Counted from the first letter of the stretch, positions 24,201-32,940 are shown. The stretch is 64,000 nt of DNA from Monocercomonoides exilis PA203 (GCA_001643675.2 LSRY02000002.1:186001-250000), one strand, 5' to 3'. A program made the numbers and translations. Notes: generated by a model from the sequence alone, not told the origin.

Positions 24201-24773
24201 CACCATCATCTCCACACACTCGAAATGCAAAAACGAGTTTCTTCCCACCTCAATTCCCTTTCCTTTCTCTGATCCAAAAACTTCCAGTTTGTTCATCGCA
24301 ACTGAAGAATTCCATGCTCCAATTTGACACCTTATGATGCTTTTTGTCTCTCGTCGTTTTCCACAAAAAATCAGCGAATCTTTGTTGTCAACAAATTCTT
24401 CTCTCTTTTTTCGAGTTTCCTTTTCTGTTTCTTTTTCAATCATTTCTTCAATTTGTTGTTCTTCAACTTCATTCAAAGGCAAGTCTTTGAAATGCCTTCC
24501 AGAACGTTGAACTTCATTAACCAAATTTTTGTTTTCGTTTTCCATTTCATTGCATCCTCTTTCAATTGTATTTATGCCTTTTTCTCTGAAATCAATAGAA
24601 ATTCCATTTTCTGTGCTTTCTTGTGCGACCACTTTTTTCTCGACTGACGAGCGAACAAGCGCCAAAAGCATCAATATGGAGATACCATTGCATTTTGCCA
24701 ATCCCATGTGCATAGGAATGTATTGCTGCTCGTTTTTCTCTTTCCTGCAACAATGATCAACTGCAATTTTCAA
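12219..24773 (-). CDS. Giant receptor-like protein: beta-helix ectodomain with 8 Cys stalk modules, TM helix and degenerate TKL-type (pseudo)kinase C-lobe
   Basis: 4184-aa uninterrupted ORF. Signal-like ISILMLLALVRS (true start may be a downstream Met). GGA/GGG + FxxC repeats; eight CGxxxxxCxT/S motifs; TM YLLLIVIIMAFVLLIILIVAVIFIV at about 13495-13572; tail with DSLFMLLH, RWKAPELL, FSIGMMLWECLTLEIPF, GERP and EERP. Confidence 0.9.
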   Translation of the reverse strand: MKIAVDHCCRKEKNEQQYIPMHMGLAKCNGISILMLLALVRSSVEKKVVAQESTENGISIDFREKGINTIERGCNEMENENKNLVNEVQRSGRHFKDLPLNEVEEQQIEEMIEKETEKETRKKREEFVDNKDSLIFCGKRRETKSIIRCQIGAWNSSVAMNKLEVFGSEKGKGIEVGRNSFLHFECVEMMVECTDVSPILCIGGRILLENSSLKIEGEEKMMPPMFDTEQRSRRENELGQAKIRACSFGSFCLLGSSPFIVSPALGNVEVIGSRFENITVGSQWRFVDGGKYDCKTRLECVEFIRVEDVLDGAIVPPLSMPSSSVVSRNCTYQGNIRHPNKYDIYKGSEGRKLIFASTSFEDDTFEGCRTDSGYGGALSASSAQASLNVERCNFTGCYAREGGGAAYFYNLKQIIVINSLFQNNSANQAGGSLHNSPSEACSLTKGCLFMNSQVEEGFASAYHHSEYSSNAPISCLGVDDGNGGQSQVMDCQFVKCTNKGNYGAVMSWSSSRHFAMRSCQFIKCKAVQEGGALRHHFVKYPGDQTNLKAFFFLFFHECSCTNSEIPYGHDVNFHQSSADVNITSTPFKESYSTNTDEKRLFNMGTGKYEKDWLPSTKKLFTSCFVSTSGNDGDELCGLSDESGCRTISHSLGKCMTQFESRIFLGKGTHTSEEGEISAGNRELSVCGEGVEETVVSTSSMTNGDSLFSVTSGRVFSSLFTIEHSHTKHEMRLFVVRGSGSVELKRMRMQPSNGHSSLNAFGASLIMSGAGEGKVGMEQVEIGNFVLEDAPIVGVEGKWKVSMSYTTFRNIVRLRGDGSVISKSVAECEVLLMNNVTMQGCRCESGDGGGMAIRMESGARARVGNESEVLFGGCEAREEQSIGGGCRGGLMIEVKEGGYDFVIDKASFAGCAAAKAGSKLFVRAPQMAEVAKREKLKFAIDECNLSEVCGYENGDEVNVIPLVVYLRSKPSEYHVGGLNKRDWEMCGFGDVQCASVDYAIRKHGTGAGITVVANNGAVVKGEVELMSGIVVVKGQASPPRVVIESRESGRAEGVITTAGATTSIVNLVISLPASVGEGRSVIACRSGSVEVRQCNFEGGEGEMIGYVVMQCSGGKLSVRQVAVSGLSFGGSCMVCVNNNGEGLISQTNISGGTAECENGLAYYASSGKLVVEQTKFEGIACSLSGIVVGRGGSDLKMEKCTFSGIESTVGNGSGVQCVIGDGESVVIWNSSFSGCCVEKGCGGGVCVEIEAGGYFRMGRSEEETLVEKCRSSLREGVGGCGGGMFLKMEGGSESKGWDHEVRGVVFGTGVGKNEAVRGGDNVFVEAEDLSEAVSGGKFVGAIATDKGRMREAMGFEGGDESFLIPLMFFMVEVEGVAGHVGGVNKRDFSGCGFEGYGCATIGKLVGLRFANSEKKIIVNEGFSWREKVEMSRWKWELKGVERGTNVNVVWGEAGICNGMIRTTTETHVSNCTFGVLVKSEGVGSLIECIGGDLEMVWCVMRLSGEEGLDGVSGGLLKVEGGGVMLDEFVVEGSGEIGFIGVPIDIGGGGKMKVNNSVFGCACHRGGDGGCMSSESGTGQLRDVHVENCTIKGKCRGGNGLRGGGMIVRQGEGAEVVIEGTKFEGCEVPEGEGGEGRGLGGGVFLLCSDGVSGFELKGLEFEGCKAWKGKNVFVEGRDLSAIVSGGSMNFERGGMEMGDLMGYERCSTGDTFGIPLGAYLDQFGSTAYVGGESDWGYDHSGCGMAYAPCRTIEQALKVRFGGVVGSGEVVAMESFELKDHVVLELQGVKLKGIVEGGETSVHVCDDGTGEGEGLLETRVNVFVKNISFVVPNEFSGARWECLFACKGGELKLENCQVEQVNGQLKTKYSLIKVSGGKVVVDGLKMANMNTGEFELFELCGGEGVFAGLEMENVVCGAESGLIGVREGSALRVENSTVKGTTMDDGSVVVFEERASVGAKNFSVEGKTRKSGNGGVFAGKVGEGQKVEVKESTFVQDVCMWNPSCGGCVFVSVAGKGEFVFDSNRVERCAVVGTAGYGGGVFVELEDREAKYSLREDVFEGNAAAKGLDVFVVCGEPEVMLREDLWMGTVDEESTPEVNVWVMDSVTDTVIDLSVKKYLFPVEGAIVYVEAGRSTAADSCGSEISPCDRFIDGFTNMGEEKTTIQMNNGNWMDYVIDRKGKSLAVRGKSAGCSLEVREHGCFRQSIGDSQTTLTLSRLDFRLPEVASEEVDGLISASVGVVLVMNCVFGAGSGTDAGEEEAGADVRWETWMRIVRETGGEVRMNQVAVEDENFGVDGGFVKMEGGMLIMNNTNISNVGGTGKGLIEGSGEAEFGMHKGCVEEVDVADGGVVWMENVRSLEITEGSTFNGCRSAHGDGGGVRCEVSEGSSLCITDGVFTRCCVNGESGRGGGIYLNVASTRMGEMNFDGLEFSENAGTWGKDVFVECEDLNKTVTRSRFRFAVKNGEGEVIVNMKGVDRVRFVEEAVDLVMFLVEHKWGEVHVREGGCDMIGCGSEKVPCETYWRGVKNADRETVEGAKILVKGKMRVADWFDVSGIRTVCNGAGTGAVTRCVMEVGEEISGGDGKCVFENNRRAGFEGVEFVLPEMLASGQEVVLLSETEDGVLNMTDCIFQFGSGSVMGYGVMKAICGKVELVGCSIEKATFSGSAFEFRSSVMIEDCTMKKVKALEEKEGGGMKVVVRGEQTLVLKNTTAEECECSVAFGRGGFLFVDCSGSLIGQPFELNGVTFKLNRAKVGEHMFVLARDLNKTVTTTSFVFDHQGMKENGNGFVGSDESRNETDLLRYVVGYKSRKIYLSSEGQDVMRCGNVDDPCETLWKGMEQVERTEEMKEIVVGGEARVEDDWTMKNMVVSGVGGGGEEEDVKDELVFSGKGGESVLSEDPFITYAGTLCIRRMKMVVGGSGGVEKKEILSGGGTLLEMERCVVGGAGSGGELCGSVVVVKAGALVVVDVRFERMKVKGCVVMVFEGVSCNLREVRMSSQEYHEGCAISIVSSGMNGTSRLENAGGMSGTSVTVNGSIFVMGEREDDGPCVVESVCGGSVKVVVNESTFESCKAGESKKGGVVEFRLNEGGEFRMKGGKIVQSSCSITQGRGGGVYLGTELGGDLNFVFEKVSLSGNNAFVGRDIFVECVNISRQINESQFKMDLRQEVYIQGNAIYGVDRRSETPVNLMDLITVYQAATIVVSSVLGKGGRNWRKCGTVEQPCLTLGYGLDHVVAEFNSMLAVDGESEVEMEIDILSMVVRSKSWEMASVKIGSGISCTREYMMGVGGSAAVELVEFKMPRVFPTSHTSLFWMEEGNVMFDRVRFCSMEGDGHKASVPILMECASGKLEMRGCEMEDVCGECLLRCGGAVTVRQLRIGNVECRGGGIVVREGSMVIDELKAEGMRMEKGSVVEMEEAASGDEADIVQVSRAVLVNISSAGENAAAVTSRCKGAKLELSNCSFEMCQSSGAKGSVIGVWKSRKVVLDGCKIDGSETESTSNMNADAAEEMCRWNGSVADISESEGKVRDTTIWNAKYGALSVSGGEVSIESGNFSNNNPSITKYPSVRRNIICSGSGTLNVKSLKGGDGIKDGSSLWILNDGCAMSGIGSERESVLFIPILRSVETEENEGTLNIVFRGTLLLPCNLSFMIVKQVGEEKEIVKYSFLEEGYVSETEVKGIVEKELISNCGEETEVSVSILFGDTNNPSSTDSFILKNRSEPKTNGDERIVEGEKEGKSYLLLIVIIMAFVLLIILIVAVIFIVQWRKQKRRTEELEIIVEDTVKKDPKAFEMVTMEMSPEEQWRRAEREAEKKNEERTKKRVYEKSLGHSESSEHLLSESGSTEYILGRDSDKIPEWMLEKVEEKEEEEVRKQTPSPSISSTSTTDTSDTESTFVRSESLCPTTSSMSNLVDAMACSSPHEKLIVDLRDSLFMLLHGRNKTKEMAIGTLEERVITAAQILFWVANLALHSFDEMENPLQSLSNLSPHIVLFSEHMVICIVMHSVLLSDDDSDSSSISSSTVVTSASDDDSNSLPSSAFEDEDDFKKECMRWKAPELLINKKMEATKESVAFSIGMMLWECLTLEIPFGDYEAEVAGQKIVNGERPRLEMIKGTRLFGVAKRSLSAVMEERPGLVGMKREFLGCFPPGTFVMTMSDAVGYDAESDRGRESGRRGSGESKEGLEEDNNKS

Positions 24774-25280
24774 TTATGGTTTTAATAACAATTTTTTCTG
24801 AAGTATTAGACATCTTTTTTATAAATTGCATTGGAAGAAATCGATGAAGTCATAACAAATTCTTTTTGATTGTGTTTCAAAAAGTTGAAATGACTTTTTT
24901 CTTGAATGAAATGAAAAATGGTCTTCTTTTTTTTTGGAATAAAATGATAATGAGCTGAACTTAATTGAATGCTTCTGATTTCATTTTCGTAGGGAATGTT
25001 TGTACCTTCAAATATAATTATGAATCTTTTTGTTAGTTCAACGATTTCTTTTTTCATTCTCTAAGAAATCATTATCTTTATTTGATAGATAGAACTAAAA
25101 TGCTTGTGCAATATTTAATTACATGAAAGAAAGTTGCATCGAAGTTTTTATAACATTGGGTTGAGAAAAAATTAACACTGTTTTCCAAATCTGAAAGCGT
25201 TTGAAGTTGATCTTTTTATATAATAACAGGCATAAGATCCATTTCAGTTTTTTCCCATTTAAAGATAATAAAGAGAAGTT

Positions 25281-28200
25281 ATGACCAAAACAAAAACCGG
25301 GGTTGCTATAAATAATTTTGATAATAAAATTTCCTCCGTTACCAAGCTTGGTTGTGACTTTTGTAATTCTTTATCGTCCAGCGGCTCAAAGACTGTTGGA
25401 CTGAAAAATTTAGGCAACACATGCTATATGAATTCATCCCTCCAGTGCCTATCTTCATCTGCGCTTTTCACAAATTATTTCATTTCTTTCAATTATTTGA
25501 AGGAAGTAAATAAAAGAAATGTTCTTGGTCATGGAGGGAAGATAGCTGCTTCTTTTTCCAAATTTTTAAGATCCCTCCGTAGAGGGAATGAAAAGGTACT
25601 TTCTCCAAAGGAATTTCGGACTGTTATAGGAAGTTTTAATACACAATTTGCCAGTTATGACCAACAAGATGCTCAAGAATTTTTAACATGGCTTCTTGAT
25701 CAGCTTGTATGCATCTACACCATGTATTTTTATTCAGTAATGCAAACTTTTGAATTATATTTTTTAGCACGAAGATCTGAACAGAGTTATAGAAAAGCCG
25801 ATTGTTCCATATAATGAAATTGATCCAAATGATTTAAGCGCGGCATTAGTCGAATGGGAAAGATATAAAAAGAGAAATAAATCTATTGTAGTTGACCTAT
25901 TTGTGGGTCAATTGAAATCAGCTGTTGACTGTCCTAAATGTCAGAGACGTTCGATAACATTTGATCCAATATCGATTCTTTCTCTTCCATTGCCATTTTC
26001 TGGGGTTCGAGCGGAGTACAACATGGATACAGATGATGAAATAGGTTGGAATGACATGAATGAAGGAGGAGGAAGAGTTCACTGTGTTGCAGTATTCGTT
26101 CCGTTACCTCAACAAAGAAGAAGAATGATATCATTCAAGAAGTCAGAAAATATCGTTGAGGCTGATGAAAAGGACGCAAAAAATGAAAAACTCTGTACGA
26201 AAAAAGCGCTTTCCATTCAGCCGTTCACACTCGAAAATACGCGAATACCTGGTGCTCTACTGGGTGCCCCTTCAATGTATTATTGTCGCAATTCCCTCAG
26301 AGAAAACGAGAGAAGCAACAAGAAAAAAATGGATGCAAAAAATTTGCACAAAAAGCTGCCTTTGGAATTTTCCAGCGCAGAGTACAACTCTCTTCCGCAA
26401 GTGGCGCTTATTCGGCCAGTTGTGTTTGACTTTGCTTTTCCGCCTCTTTCGTCTGTTTTTGATTTGCTCAAAGCAGTCGCTTATTGCGTATCTGCAACAC
26501 CTCAAACGGATGAAGTCAAAAAAAACGACATTCCGCCATCATCATCATCATCATCATCATCATCTTCTTCTTCTTCTTCTTCTTCTTCTTCTTCTTCTTC
26601 TTCTTCTTCTTCTTCTTCTTCTTCTTCTTCTTCTTCTTCTTCTTCTTCCACATTTCCTTCATTAAACACCTCTTCGTCGTCGTCGTCATCATCATCATCA
26701 TCATCATCATCTCTCCTTCCATTCACTCCGATGTCCCCACACAATCTCCTCTGCTGCTCCATCAGCAACTCTGCCATCTGCAAAGTGCACATTCCGTGGG
26801 AAGAACTTCCCTCAAAATCGACAAATTTCTTCGTCGTCTACGAAACCAGCGACATCGTCTCCTCAGACTGCATTCAAGAGATGAACTTCAGCCTCAACTC
26901 GCTCTACGGCTCGTCTTATTCATCGTCTTCTTATTCATCGTCTTCTCTTTCGCAGCAAGTGCTGGCACACGACAAGGAAAGCGAGACGTGGTGGCAGAGC
27001 GGGGTGACCAACACGGGATTCGACGGAAGCGGAGCAGAAGACACGTTTCATGAGAAGGTGTCGATGGATGTGATCAACAGGCTGTTCGAGGCAGGGGTTC
27101 TGAAAGGAGGTTCTCAGACTGCAGAAAGAATGATTGTGAACCAGGCAAACAACACAACACCTGTCGAAAAAGCGAAAGTGGCACAGAAGAAAGAGGAGGA
27201 AGATATCAACATTTATGCTGCAGGTACAGCTGCTCCATCGTCCTCTGCAAGCGCTTCAACAGCAATTGTGAAGAGAACATTAGACACGAAACACCATTAT
27301 CTGAAAGTGAAGTCGTCGACGCTGACGAAGAACGGCAACATTGTTGTTCCGTATGATGAGCATGCGAATATGTATCCGTTTATTCTGAAGGTGAACAGCA
27401 CAGACAGCTGGAAGGATGTGCATGAGCAGATCTGGAACAGGATGAAGACAGTGCTCGATGCGGAGGAATACAGACAGTGGAGGAAGGGGAGGTTGGCTGT
27501 GAGAAGGAGGGAAAGAGGAGAGGACACCGCCGAGAAGGTGGAGAAAGAGGAGAAAGAGGAGAAAGAGTGCAATGGAAATGATGAGAAACCGGGTGAAAAT
27601 CAGAGCGCGAATAGAGTTAAGCAGTCAGAAGGGCCGTATTATGAGCCACTTCTTGGAGAAGGCGATTGCTACGCACCGAAGTTTGATCCGCTTTTTGCAG
27701 TGAATCCGCTTTTCTTTGTTCCCGCGCTGCAGAGGCCGTGGTGGGCTGCATATGACCTGCCGTTCCACCACACGAACTCGATCAAAAGATGGAAGGAGAG
27801 CAAAAAAGAGGGCAGACAAGAGAAACGTGCAGAAGATGAATCGGAAATGAATGAAGACAAAATAATTAAAGATGAATGTGTCAAAGAAGAGGAATACGAA
27901 ACATTTGAATCTGGTTTTGATGGCAGTGAAACTCTTCTTAAGCAAATGAGCAAAGCAGAAAACGCCAAATTGAGTGAAGCTGATACTGAAATGAATGAAA
28001 ATGAAGAGTCTCACATTGCGGAGAATGCCAATGAAAGCGAATCGTCAGCTTCTGATTTAGCTTATTCAGCAGCCTCTTTTGAGAAGAAAGAAGAGAAGAT
28101 GAAATGTTATGAAGACGATTTGTGGCTGGCTTCTCTTCCGCTTCCTCCGCGTGCGCTTGTTCCGTATCGTGTGGTGTATGGGCAGCCTGACATTTGCCAG

Positions 28201-31200
28201 AAGCTCATCGAAGTCCCCTTCCCGCTTGAAAAGAAAAGACAACGCAAAGAAAATAGTGAAAATAAATTAGAAGTAGTAGAAGATGAAGAAGATGAAGATT
28301 TTAATACGCTTTTTGAAGATTCGCCTGAAAGTGTTGTCGATGAACTGATGAGTGAAAATGATATCACTGTGATATGGACAGCTCCTCAGTGCCTGTCGAA
28401 GCTGAAGTCGATGGACGTTCTCTTCCACTGGTCAGCCACAAAACAGGAGATGAAGCAGATCAAAGAAAAGAACACGCCTAATCCAGAGCCTGGGGTTGAA
28501 AGCTCTCAATTCTCTTCTTCTGCTTCTTCATCTTCCTCCTCCTCCTCATCATCATCATCATCATCTTCTTCTTCTTCTTCTTCAGAATCAGCTCTCCCAC
28601 CTCTTGTCTCTCTGCCTCCCGACGCCATTTCGATCTACGACTGCTTTTCGCTGTTTACCCACCCCGAGAAGCTGACAGCGGAGAACAGCTGGTTCTGCAC
28701 GGTGTGCAAAGAAGACCAGGAGGCGATGAAGCAAATGGAGGTGTTTCGCCTGCCTCCTCTGCTTGTCATTCAGCTGAAGCGGTTCTCATCGAACTCGGCG
28801 ATTGGTGCGCAGTTCAGTGCGATGCAGAAGAAGGTGGATGTGTTTGTGGATTATCCGGTGCAGGGGCTGGATCTGACAGAATATGAGAGATGCGGGCGAG
28901 GCGTGAGGGTGGAGATGAAGAAGATGGTGGAGGAGAACTACGACTACATTCGCATGGCAAAGAGAGAAAGTGCAGAAGAACATAATAATCAGAATGAATT
29001 GGATGGAAATAGCAGTACAACTTGTGATTCATCCAAAACAGGTTCCTGTTCTTCGTCTTATGATACAAGTGTGGACGAAGAAGATGATGATTTTCCACCT
29101 ATTTATGACTTGTATGGCGTGTGTCTTCACATCGGATCGACGTCTGGAGGACACTACACAGCAATGACACTGTCTCCATTCACTGGCAAGTGGTCGCTGG
29201 CAAATGACGACACGATCAGAGAAGTTGGGCTGGTGAGGAGGAGAAGAAGGAAGAAGAGGGATGAGAAGAAGGAGGAGGAGGAAAAAGCAAAAGACAAGAA
29301 AGATTCAATGATTGCTGAAGATGAGAGCATATCTGTTGAGGAAAGCAGAGAAAAAGAAAAAGAAAAAGATGAAGAATCAAACAGCAAAACAATCAAAGAT
29401 TCGCAGAAACCTTCTCAAACGTCTGGGGAAGCTGAGTATGAAGAGGTTATTGAGCCAGATGTAGTGTCAAGAGATGCATATTTGCTGTTCTACAAGCGAA
29501 GAGGATTGCCTTGGTCGAAGGAGGACTCGCTGTTTGCACTGAAGATGTGTGAAGAGAGAGAGAAGTTGCTGAGAGTGAGCGAAGAAGAGGAAAAGAAGAA
29601 GTGGGAAGAAGGGAAAGCAGCGAAAGCAGCGAAAGAGAAAATTGAAGGGGAAAAAGAAGCAGAAGAGAAAAAGAGGAAAGAAGGCAAAAAGGAAGGGAAA
29701 GTTGATGGATATGCAACACTTGAAGAAGAAACTGAACCTGCTCACAAATTTGACAGCTCAAAGTTGAGTGAAGACGGCAAAATGACATCGCCTTCTTCAA
29801 AAGAGTTAGCATCTGAAGATTCATCTTCTGCATCAACAAATTCTTCATCATCAATTTTATCATCATCATCATCATCATCATCTTCTTCTTCTTCTTCTTC
29901 TTCTTCTTCTTCTTCTTCTTCAATTGAAGGAGCTCATTCAAATGAATTAAAAGATTTGGAAGCAGTTGGCAAAGACACTGTTGCTTGTTATTCGATGATG
30001 GCTGAATTTACAAAAAATCTTTTGTCTTCTTCTTCATCTTCTATTTCATCATCGTCGTCGTCTTCTTCTTTGCCATCTGATTCATCTTCATCTGAAAGTC
30101 AGAAACAGAATGATTCTGCTCTTACTCCATCTTCTGATTCGACTTCTGCTTCTTCTGCTTCAACTTCTCCTTCGTCTTCTGCCACTCATTCTTGTTCCTC
30201 TGTTGATAGCGCATTTGCTTCTCTTCCTCCGGTGCCTCCTCTTCGCCTTCCTCCAGGTATTTCTCTGTTCGAAGTGGAAGATGTGGAAGATATTCTCAAA
30301 GAAGAGCAAGAGAAAGAGAAGAAGAAGAATGCAGAATCGTCTTCGATTGTCGGGAAATCCAACTTTTACAGCTCCTTTTTGGCAGGCGATACGTTTGGCG
30401 GAGATGTCAACTCTTCCAATTCTTCTTCTTCTTCTTCTTTTCTGAATTCTTCTGTGATGCATTCTTCTGCCCTTCCTTCCAGCTATGGCAGACCCATGGA
30501 AGAAGAAACTGAGCCAAACATATTCCAAATGGGAGCTGAACTTGCCAAGTCTTCACCACAAAATCCATCGTTGACATTCATTGACGAATGTATGGACGAT
30601 GAAAAAGACAATTTTGATGATGATGATGATGATGATTTCGATGATGATAATGATGATAATGCGGGTAAGGATAACAATGTTGACAATGATAAAGATGATA
30701 AAGACAGTGCTGAGCGTATAGCAGATGAAGCAGCAGAGCCCATCGCAGTTGCCAGCACAGGTTTACCTCCATCCAACTCCTATTTTCACAAAGGACGAAT
30801 TGTTTGGAGCAAAAAGCCTCTTCCGGAATCCTTGAAGCCAAAGCAGGTGTATTCACAGGAAGAAGACACAGAGACATATTATCACATCCCTCAAGGCTAC
30901 ACAAACCCGACAGATACTCCGACGTCTGCTTCTAAAGACTTGCAACCGGCATTCAATTTGGCAGATGGGCTTTCGAAGATGGGCGCGAAGTTTGACAGCA
31001 ACTTTTGGGAAAATGGAGCGATGGACGAGGACGAAGCACTGAGACAGGCGATGGAGGCGTCTCTGAGAGACAAAGAGGAGCAGGAGAAGAAAGAGAGAGA
31101 AGAAAGAATGAAAAAATCTTATGAGGCTGCTGCTGAAAAATCGAATGGCGGTTCTTCTGGTTCTGTCTCGGCAGAATCTCAAGGCTTGCCAAATGATTAT

Positions 31201-31299
31201 CCAAATGCATTGTCAGACGGAATCAACATCGAAAATTTGAGCGATGAGCAGCTGATGGAATTGGCAATTCAGCAGTCGCTCGATTATGTGCAGTCGTGA
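25281..31299 (+). CDS. Ubiquitin-specific protease (peptidase C19, USP4/11/15-like split catalytic domain) with two C-terminal UIMs; intron 25707-25767
   Basis: Cys box GLKNLGNTCYMNSSLQCL and QQDAQEF. Splicing GTATGC...TTTTAG (61 nt, phase 0) restores LDQL|HEDLNRV and SIVVDLFVGQLKS. CPKC/CTVC zinc ribbon; LPPLLVIQLKRF; His box YDLYGVCLHIGSTSGGHYTA...NDD; AYLLFYKR; UIMs DEDEALRQAMEASL and DEQLMELAIQQSL. Confidence 0.93.
26539..26649 (+). repeat. (TCA)n(TCT)n coding microsatellite, poly-Ser (about 37 residues) in the USP
   Basis: Directly visible trinucleotide run. Similar runs occur at about 28515-28583, 29860-29921 and 30025-30070. Confidence 0.95.
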
Positions 31300-31701
31300 A
31301 ATGTTAAAAGTGACATTTGATGCAATCTGCTTTTTTCTTGCAAAGATGCCTTGTAATGCTTTGTGTTGACTCTCTTTTATGAGATTGGGAATATTTCGTT
31401 TTCGGTCTTGCGAATTTGATATTAATACGTTGTGGTTGATCGTTCATTTTCAAATTAAAAATAGCAAATCATTTTTTGTTGAAGTTGTTTTTCAATTTAT
31501 GTTATTAAATTTATTATTTAGGAAATTTGAATATCAGTTTATATTTAGAAAATAATAATCAGCTTATAATCGTACAATTTAATTTAAAATAATGAATGAA
31601 TAACTATAAATGCTTATATGGGACAAAATTCTTGCATTTCTGAAAAATTCAACGATTTGTTCAGAACATTTTTTCTATCGTATCATTATTGGATGAAATG
31701 T

Positions 31702-31808
31702 GAATAAACTATTTTTATTCGAATGATCTGACTTTATTCGGATAAACCCCCTTTCAATTGAATGAGAGGCAGTTTATTCAAATAAACGTCTGCTTTCTCG
31801 AATCAACC
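31702..31808. repeat. Degenerate tandem array of 19-20-bp palindromic units (GAATAAAC-N3/4-GTTTATTC)
   Basis: Units: gaataaactatttttattc / gaatgatctgactttattc / ggataaaccccctttcaatt / gaatgagaggcagtttattc / aaataaacgtctgctttctc / gaatcaacc. Confidence 0.6.
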
Positions 31809-31980
31809 ATTAAAGATTGGAATAAAAAATTAAGAGACATTATAATGGAAATATTGCACATGCTTTCGATGTTTTTCAAAAGTTATTCACAATTAACAAA
31901 TAATTGAAAACGTGTGATCAAACATTTTTTTCGTGAAATACGAAGAAAAAATATTTTTTGAAGATTTTCAATGAATTTTT

Positions 31981-32923
31981 GGTTAGAGGGTACATAGCGA
32001 CCGGTATTATAATTGTGTTAAAAAAGAACTATTGACCTTGAAAACCCCATTTATGGATGTTTAAATTCTCAAATAGGAGAAATATTCCATAAAAAACAGA
32101 AAATTTTTAGTATTTATAAAGCAGCAGTTATGAAAAAATAATGATCAAACCCCTGAGATATATACGAGAGATTATTTTAATTAGGTTTTTATTGGAAATA
32201 AAGATTATCCCCTTGTCGATGCGTTTATTAGGATTATGCTAACGTGAACTTTTAATTTCATCAACTGATTTGGATATTTTTAATTTGAAGTTGGGATTTT
32301 TTTTTTAAGTTAATACAGTCAAAACCGGATATAATCACATCGGTTTTTGCAGGACTTTTTGTGACTATATCCGATTGTGATTATAAGCAATGTGACTTAA
32401 CACAGAAAAAAATGAAATTTTATTTTAGAAATAATTAATTTTGGGTCAATTTTTTTATTTCTGAAAAAACTTGACAAATACACATTTTTCAATAGAAATA
32501 ACAATTTTTAATGTTTTATTATGTTATTCAGACTTATTTGAGCACATTTTTGAAAAAGCGAAATTTTGAAATTTATGATCAAAAATCAATTTTTCTTTGA
32601 AAAATCCACCCATAATGAAACAAAATGTGATTATATATTTTCATCCCTGTGATTATATTCGATGGAAAATGAATGAAAATTAGGCCAAAAATGTCGGTGC
32701 ATCGAAAAATTTGACTATAAACGAATGTGATTGTATTCGATGTGATTATATCCGGTTTTGACTGTACTCCTTTTGGTTTTTAAAGATAGGTTTTCTCAGC
32801 TTTGAATCACTGTAATTCGAAAACCACTTCAGAAATATCATAATTGCATTCATTGGTGATAGTGAAAATTAATAAAAACATATGAATCGAATTTTTTAAC
32901 CGGTCTTTATCTGCCCACTTACC
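31981..32923. mobile_element. Non-autonomous Merlin (IS1595/IS1016-like) element with 8-bp TSD GAATTTTT
   Basis: Left end GGTTAGAGGGTACATAGCGACCGGT; reverse complement of the right end GGTAAGTGGGCAGATAAAGACCGGT. The first 10 bp of the right end are identical to the left TIR of the Merlin at 59713. GAATTTTT at both 31973-31980 and 32924-32931. Confidence 0.75.
32316..32764. mobile_element. MITE of Tc1/mariner/pogo type (449 bp), nested in the Merlin derivative
   Basis: Perfect 27-bp TIR CAGTCAAAACCGGATATAATCACATCG (32316-32342 / 32738-32764). TA on both sides (32314-15, 32765-66). Internal repeats of GTGA(T/C)TATA; no ORF. Confidence 0.9.
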
Positions 32924-32940
32924 GAATTTTTCATGATTCA

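Noticed and set aside
12607-24756. Many + strand ORFs rich in Pro/Ser/His/Thr opposite the 4184-aa gene (and likewise at 51152-58242)
   Set aside because: Antisense shadows produced by the G-rich, stop-poor codon usage of the real minus-strand genes; no recognisable motifs.
31702-31808. Palindromic repeats resembling a CRISPR array
   Set aside because: Units abut with no unique spacers, are highly degenerate, no cas genes are present, and the context is eukaryotic.
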